Part shown: one piece after another, positions 5,801 to 10,273 of the stretch
Position numbering within the stretch: the first letter of the stretch is position 1
Layout: each line of letters starts with the position of its first letter
From: a virus
Lineage: Duplodnaviria; Heunggongvirae; Uroviricota; Caudoviricetes; Schitoviridae
Reading direction: 5' to 3' (one strand)
DNA: 10,273 nt
Virus record (IMG/VR): IMGVR_UViG_2645727700_000001
Coordinates: 64,001 to 74,273 of that record
The notes under the pieces: model-generated
Told to the model about the DNA's origin: nothing
Seen by the model: the letters and a program-made list of their open reading frames with translations, nothing else
Database searches by the model: none
Made by a program: the position numbers and the translations under genes

Positions 5801-8800
5801 CAAGATTGAATCTACGTTCAAAGAGACTATTGAGACCATTCGATCAGCGACCGATAGCGACTCACTGGCACGCGATTACCTCTTGGCTAACCCGAAAGAT
5901 TGGGAGAGTCATTACGGCTATAACATGGGCCAGTATTTCTATACGACCACAACCGGTAAGGTTGGGAATACATTGTTCCGGAAGGACAGTAATAATCCTG
6001 ATATGTGTTGGCAGTACAACAAGGCAATCCTTCAGAACAACCGTGCATATCGAGTAAGCTTCTTGGTTCGCCGTAGTACCAACTCAACGGGTGCATGTCA
6101 CATCACAATCTTACGCTCTGATAAGAACGGCAAGTTTGCACGCGACTACACTCATTTAGCCGTACCGTTGACTGAAATCCCTGCGAATGCAGATTGGGTG
6201 GAAGTATCACGTGTTGTGAACTTGCGTTCTACCGCAGAGGCTAACCCTCTAATCCGACTTGGTTTCGCTGTTGGCCATACGGGTAAGGCTGGTTCATGGG
6301 AAGTACAAGGCTTCCGAGTGGATTCAGTACTCAACGAGACCGATGTAGATTCTACTTTGGTTAAATCCTCAGTATTGGTTAACTACGCCACTAAATCTGA
6401 CATGAATGGGGCTATCTCAAATGCCACTACTACGCTCACCAGTCAGTACAAGAAGTATGCGGATGACAAGGCAGCGGATGGCCTTAAGTACACTGACAAT
6501 AAAGCTGCAAATGTCGTTAAAGACATGGATGCCAAACTCACGAATAACTACTACACCAAAGCTGACACAGACAAGGCTGTAGCAGGGGAAATCTCTAAGT
6601 TTGGTGCCACTGTTAAACGTGACATCACTGCAGTTGAAGCGAACATCCGGAAAGATGTGTACACCAAAGCCGAAGCTGACGAAGCAATTGCATCGGGCAT
6701 TCAGTCTTATGACTCGGAAATCGTAAGCGGTGGTGTGAACTTATTCACTGGTGGTATTTTAGAGCGTAAAGGTGGCAATGAGTACCTTGCATACTCACGT
6801 AGCGCAGCTCTCAGTGAGATCTATGCCAAAGGTGAGGTTACGATCAGTTTTGACATTAAAGTAGCTGTGGCGGGGCCTGTACGAGTTTACTCGTCAAACC
6901 AATCTACTATGTGGACATATTCAGTACAAATTGAGAATGTGACAACAGAGTGGGAACGTAGATCCGTTACCGTAACCCCGCGCAGAACGTCACACCCTGT
7001 AGGGCCTAGTATGTTGGAGTTCTTTGGAACTTATAACACTGGCCGTATCGTACACGTCAAGAATGTCAAAATTGAGATGGGCCGTAAGGCTTCTGAATGG
7101 TCGCCGTCTGCAGGTGATATTGAAGCCGGTTTTGCTGGTGCAATTTCAGAAGTGAATAAGGTCAACGCGAACCTAACGAATAATTACTTCACCAAAGCAC
7201 AGACTAACTCAGCGATCGCTAGTGCATCTACATCGCTTGAAGCAAAGGTGAATACCAATACGGCTAACCAACTTAAGAACCACTACACAAAAGCTGAAAC
7301 TGATCGTGTGGTATCAACACAGGCTACCACTTTTGATGCCAAACTTAAGAAAGCCGGTGAAGAAGCGAATGCGTATGCCAAACGCTACACAGATACGACT
7401 GTTAAGGTTGTAGACGATAAGCTTACATCGACTTCCACTGATCTGACACAGCTCAAATCCGTACTTGGTGAAGTGACCAATTACACTGTCAGCTCTATTG
7501 GTGGTGGTCAATCTGGTTTTGGCGGTATCAAGGATCTCGCAGGTAAAGTACAACTACAAGCTACCCGTGGTTTAACTCTGTGTACCTTTAAAGGTAATGC
7601 ATTAGGGGATATTCGCCGTGTTTTTGATACCCATGCAAGTGCAGTTAATGCGACAAACTTGATTAACACAATCAATGCTATCCCTGATGGTACATACGTT
7701 GCCGTCATGGGCTATGACTCTTTTGTAGCACATTTTGCCACGGCTAAGCCTGCACTAATCTCATTAGGTGCAAGCAAGGCGACCTTAGACCTACTTAAAC
7801 CCCGTGATGCATATATCTTAATTGGTCGAAAGGGCATGTCCGAAGGACAAGGCACTGAGATCGTAGGTAAGGCACAATCTGCAACGCTTGGTGGTAAACA
7901 GATCGACTACATGTTGCAGCTTATTAATGGCATCCCTGCAGGTTTAGGGAGTTCTGCACCGGCTGCAGAGGCAACGAATATCTTAAATACTAAGATTGAA
8001 GAAGTTGACGGCCAGCTTAAAGCACAGTCAAGTCAAATGACTAACTTACAGTCATCAATGACCAGTGCCAATAGAAACATTACTGCAGCCCAAAACACAG
8101 CTAATACGGCGCAAAACAACGCTGCCAATGCTCAGAAGTCAGCAGATTCAGCCCAGAATGCTGCTAAGGGTGCACAGTCAAGTGCTGATGCCGCTAAGAA
8201 GGCTGCAGACACCGCACAGCAAGGGGCAAATGCAGCCAATCAGGGTGTTAAGGATGTAACTTCTAAACTCTCTGATACTGATCTAATTGCCCGTGCTGGT
8301 ACACATGGGAAATTGGTTTGGGGAGATCCAACCTTTCGGAATGGTGTGAACGGTGTAAATGTTTACGACAATAAACGTACTGGCCGTAATAAGGTGGCTC
8401 GAATTGCGCGTTGGACAGTGGACAATCCAACAACATCCACTCACCAGATGAACATTACCGTGTCTGCAGGATCGACACCGGGACTCGGTGGCTTCTTCCA
8501 GACCATTGCCTCACGTGCTAATGCTGTGTTTCTCATTAAGTATTTAATGAAGATTCCTGTTGGTTATACCGTTCATAACGCTTCAAATGCACAAGGTACG
8601 GGAGCTTCTGATAAGTTTGTTGGTTTGAATGCTGGTACAGGTAAATACGAGACTTACTACCGACTTGTACGTTGTGGGGCTACTGGCACATTCAGTACCG
8701 GTGGTCATGTTTACTTAAACGGGCCATTAAAAGGCGAGGAAACTATGACTTTCCCTCTGGCCCAGATTGAGTGCTATGACCTGACTGACTATCAGGATAT

Positions 8801-10273
8801 GACACCTATGGTTGCAGATACCTTTGCCAAGCTCACAGAGATGGCTAATACGTCTGCGACTGATTCTAAGGCCATGGCTGATAAGCTCCTACAACTGCAG
8901 TCATCGTTTCATCCTCAGTCTCCGAACGGTCGTATGCCGCAAAGTCGAGATGAAACCAAAAAGAATCTTTGGACATTCATCTTATGTAAATTGAAGGCTG
9001 GGGATACCGCGAGCCGTCAATTCAACTTTCAGGACATCAATACAGGTGAGATTGTTCGTAAGGGTGAAGTGCCATCGGCAACCGATGCCAATAATGGTAC
9101 TTGGTTTAGCGAACCTCAAACCTTTGCACTGTTTAGAACATGGGTGTATGTAGCTGCAGCTAAGACAGTTAAGTTCACCAATATTCGCGTTGATGACACT
9201 GTGACGATTTATGTAGGCAACCAACGCCAGTACCATAAGGTAGGTTATGGTTCATACACGGACTGCTCTTTGAGTTTCCGTGTTGGTTGGAACGTGGTTG
9301 ATGTATTTGTGGGTAACGGTAATTCAAGTGGCGGATTTGTACTAACTCCGCTATTGGAAACCCAAGTAAATAATATGTGTCCTGTTAAGTTGGAAGACAT
9401 TCTCGACAATACATCTGCGTCAGTATTACAGGGTTATACCACTCATGCTGAGATGAACTCTGCTATTGCTAGTGCGTCTACCACTCTCGAGAGCAAGGTT
9501 AAAGCTGACTATCAGAAACAGTTCGACAACATCAAACTTGATCGATTAACTGTTCCGGATACTCGCAATACGAACCAACCCCCTCAATGGTACTGGACTA
9601 ACTACCCTCGAAGTGTCGTAACTGAGTTCAAAACAAGAACTGCTATCGGCAACCCTGCTGGAACTGCCATGTATGGTTCAGTTGAAACGCTTGTCCCGTG
9701 GTCTGATGTATCAGGAGGGGCAATCATCCAACGTTGGACTACTGCAGGCGAAGCAAATGCCCGATTCCGACAATCAAGTGGCTCGGGAGCCGCAGCAACA
9801 TGGGGTCCGTGGACTTCCGATGCGGAAACCATGAAAGTCCAGATTAAGGAGCAATCACAATCCATTGATGGCATTAAAGGTGTGAAGGCAGTTTCTATCG
9901 ACAATAACGGCGTTCTGTGCGGTTATGCCTTAACTTCTGAACTGGTAAATGGTGTGGTTCAATCCGCATTTGGTGTGTCTGCAGATCAATTCTACGTGGG
10001 TTCACCAAAAGACGGTCGTAAGGTGTTTGCGGTAGTTGATGGGCGTACTGTAATCAGTGATGCGATCATTGGAAACCTAAGCGCAAACAAAATTACCACT
10101 GGTCAAATGCATGGCGATAGAATCACTGCCAGAACCTTACGGGCAGACCATTTGACCACACAAGCATTGGAAGCTATTGCGATCTCGGCACGTAATGTAA
10201 CCATTACAGCGCCCGATGGTTCTAAGACAGTACAGACAGGTGGAATGACTCAGATCTTCTATCCTAACGGACA
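2889..10273 (+). CDS. Giant modular tail fibre / host-specificity protein (>=2461 aa, 3'-truncated by the window edge)
   Basis: Manual translation from ATG 2889 (SD AAGGAAGG at 2873-2880; in-frame TAA upstream at 2832) found no stop through 10273. Heptad coiled-coil stalks alternate with beta-rich globular modules, and a DUF1983-like region sits near the right edge (IKEQSQSIDGIKGVKAVSIDNNGVLCGYAL...SAFGVSADQFYV...FAVVDGRTVISDAIIGNLSANKITTG). The ORF track missed it because the stop codon is outside the window. Confidence 0.9.
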   Translation, partial: MEGLYSSEHDSLLTQVSKQVSDLKQKVEAQDVAIEANRQSAELNSRAITNDSIQSINRDTALGERISDQTRTQIEDKAYLVGEIERHHAEHAREIQDVNVRVDTVDRDRIAGEARIFEMTKEFQDQLGKDYQDVEELVTTHDGILDTTTWDSTEFTLDTDEYQFDWSMLAASQDWRLEIAQFFKQAEDLIKDKIAEVEDALDEAKKNSEDALENSDIDRILDELLGKVGSEFLDDALAGRLDDFAEQILEERKSRIDDILKESNIRIEEMRNLHNQISQESKERVDAIASEAETRGDQLIAEAEQRAKDIAAESAKWANQISKEITERNEALDKKAAELQQYIDKTVKELNDGYTKRFEQIESDGSKTLKALEAYKVSNNKAVAAITKSVELNAQNDAATLKKLDALQLEYNGNKATVAQQIKATSDANKATLNQLNTFKTEVSQKDKATGELIQSTKAEILKETNALSDQNKATVERLEKFQASYNDRNKAVDGKFVEVDGKFTTMSKSISDANGNITSTAQKLESQFKSDIAKSKSEVLTEVSTQTKNLDGKITNEARRIDGLNSSFKGLDADLKKNIEATATAQDTANTAVSANESLAQHVRNVQSQTLSRVGIRAIPSDNGLKDWVFLRAANRVSFVKDDAAMNGIMLQMGRNIKGQDDQWAHWAEFEKIDPEKLYRLRVRYRRIEGDGGVYVGVTHKNADQSRYVTSTNVLATGMGSSNYLVSNHRSPLGEMMEHVFYLKGKSAGAATGRGTIDNPRTFPALAEYYSPMCIANYTSNTGITQFSHIIVEDADSLAASNDANAQAIEMFKTVTREGEASSERTTQLESQVKDVQKHVITTEQQLGETSKKLGQTEIKLGQTDKKLGDAEKRLDANGNLINSQGKRIDEQGNLINAAGKRIDAHGNLIDAQGKRIDENGKRIDDTNKKLTDTEAKVLQVTRTVESHAKALTTFATKSDLEKSEANQTTKIESTFKETIETIRSATDSDSLARDYLLANPKDWESHYGYNMGQYFYTTTTGKVGNTLFRKDSNNPDMCWQYNKAILQNNRAYRVSFLVRRSTNSTGACHITILRSDKNGKFARDYTHLAVPLTEIPANADWVEVSRVVNLRSTAEANPLIRLGFAVGHTGKAGSWEVQGFRVDSVLNETDVDSTLVKSSVLVNYATKSDMNGAISNATTTLTSQYKKYADDKAADGLKYTDNKAANVVKDMDAKLTNNYYTKADTDKAVAGEISKFGATVKRDITAVEANIRKDVYTKAEADEAIASGIQSYDSEIVSGGVNLFTGGILERKGGNEYLAYSRSAALSEIYAKGEVTISFDIKVAVAGPVRVYSSNQSTMWTYSVQIENVTTEWERRSVTVTPRRTSHPVGPSMLEFFGTYNTGRIVHVKNVKIEMGRKASEWSPSAGDIEAGFAGAISEVNKVNANLTNNYFTKAQTNSAIASASTSLEAKVNTNTANQLKNHYTKAETDRVVSTQATTFDAKLKKAGEEANAYAKRYTDTTVKVVDDKLTSTSTDLTQLKSVLGEVTNYTVSSIGGGQSGFGGIKDLAGKVQLQATRGLTLCTFKGNALGDIRRVFDTHASAVNATNLINTINAIPDGTYVAVMGYDSFVAHFATAKPALISLGASKATLDLLKPRDAYILIGRKGMSEGQGTEIVGKAQSATLGGKQIDYMLQLINGIPAGLGSSAPAAEATNILNTKIEEVDGQLKAQSSQMTNLQSSMTSANRNITAAQNTANTAQNNAANAQKSADSAQNAAKGAQSSADAAKKAADTAQQGANAANQGVKDVTSKLSDTDLIARAGTHGKLVWGDPTFRNGVNGVNVYDNKRTGRNKVARIARWTVDNPTTSTHQMNITVSAGSTPGLGGFFQTIASRANAVFLIKYLMKIPVGYTVHNASNAQGTGASDKFVGLNAGTGKYETYYRLVRCGATGTFSTGGHVYLNGPLKGEETMTFPLAQIECYDLTDYQDMTPMVADTFAKLTEMANTSATDSKAMADKLLQLQSSFHPQSPNGRMPQSRDETKKNLWTFILCKLKAGDTASRQFNFQDINTGEIVRKGEVPSATDANNGTWFSEPQTFALFRTWVYVAAAKTVKFTNIRVDDTVTIYVGNQRQYHKVGYGSYTDCSLSFRVGWNVVDVFVGNGNSSGGFVLTPLLETQVNNMCPVKLEDILDNTSASVLQGYTTHAEMNSAIASASTTLESKVKADYQKQFDNIKLDRLTVPDTRNTNQPPQWYWTNYPRSVVTEFKTRTAIGNPAGTAMYGSVETLVPWSDVSGGAIIQRWTTAGEANARFRQSSGSGAAATWGPWTSDAETMKVQIKEQSQSIDGIKGVKAVSIDNNGVLCGYALTSELVNGVVQSAFGVSADQFYVGSPKDGRKVFAVVDGRTVISDAIIGNLSANKITTGQMHGDRITARTLRADHLTTQALEAIAISARNVTITAPDGSKTVQTGGMTQIFYPNG
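2922..2950. repeat. Second palindrome copy (site B) TTACTTACT-CA-AGTAAGTAA at 2922-2941, continuing as a (YAAG)5 array to 2950, inside the fibre CDS
   Basis: 19/20 identical to site A. Encodes LLTQVSKQVS (codons 12-21). Confidence 0.92.
5430..5702 (+). repeat. 13 tandem 7-aa (21-nt) coiled-coil repeats with a 14-aa super-period
   Basis: LGETSKK LGQTEIK LGQTDKK LGDAEKR LDANGNL INSQGKR IDEQGNL INAAGKR IDAHGNL IDAQGKR IDENGKR IDDTNKK LTDTEAK. Confidence 0.9.
7482..7947 (+). other. ILEI/PANDER (GG-type lectin)-like domain within the fibre
   Basis: RGLTLCTF...RVFDTHAS...LINTINAIPDGTYVAVMGYD...ALISLGAS...RDAYILIGRKG matches the GG/ILEI pattern (RG.., FDT, 'l..ip.G..V.v...D', LG, 'R..y..iG.KG'). 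Recognised by eye; no HMM was run. Confidence 0.75.
8088..8255 (+). repeat. 8 tandem Ala-rich heptads (A-Q-x-x-A-x-x) in a fibre stalk
   Basis: AQNTANT AQNNAAN AQKSADS AQNAAKG AQSSADA AKKAADT AQQGANA ANQGVKD. Confidence 0.85.
9840..10200 (+). other. DUF1983-like (lambda J-type host-specificity C-terminal region) followed by short I/L-x-A-x-x-I repeats
   Basis: QSIDGIKGVKAVSIDNNGVLCGYALTS...SAFGVSADQFYVG...FAVVDGRTVISDAIIGNLSANKITTGQMHGDRITARTLRADHL; pattern recognition only, boundaries approximate. Confidence 0.75.

Noticed and set aside
3055-9904. All track ORFs within the fibre gene (for example 3404-3682, 5064-5459, 5107-5496, 5734-6057 and 9602-9904)
   Set aside because: Shadows of the long frame. 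Their Ser/Leu/Arg-rich composition is what antisense or shifted reading of a coiled-coil gene produces.

Overview
Phage genomic window, probably a lytic tailed dsDNA phage of a gammaproteobacterial host (host is inferred only). The left ~2.8 kb is a minus-strand nucleotide-metabolism operon in the order thyX (2778-2029), nrdB (1998-946), nrdA (953 to off the left edge; missing from the ORF track). After a 110-bp divergent intergenic region, the rest of the window is one uninterrupted plus-strand ORF (ATG 2889 to off the right edge, at least 2461 codons; also missing from the track). It encodes a giant modular tail fibre / host-specificity protein: coiled-coil stalks, about seven globular lectin-like or knob-like modules including an ILEI/GG domain, and a DUF1983-like (lambda J C-terminal type) region. 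The most unusual non-protein signal is a 20-bp (CTTA)n/(TAAG)n palindrome, TTACTTACT-YA-AGTAAGTAA, present twice at 19/20 identity: at the thyX-nrdB junction and inside the first codons of the fibre gene. In the coding copy the departures from the repeat are T-to-C changes exactly where TAA would be an in-frame stop. A partial third copy lies in nrdA.
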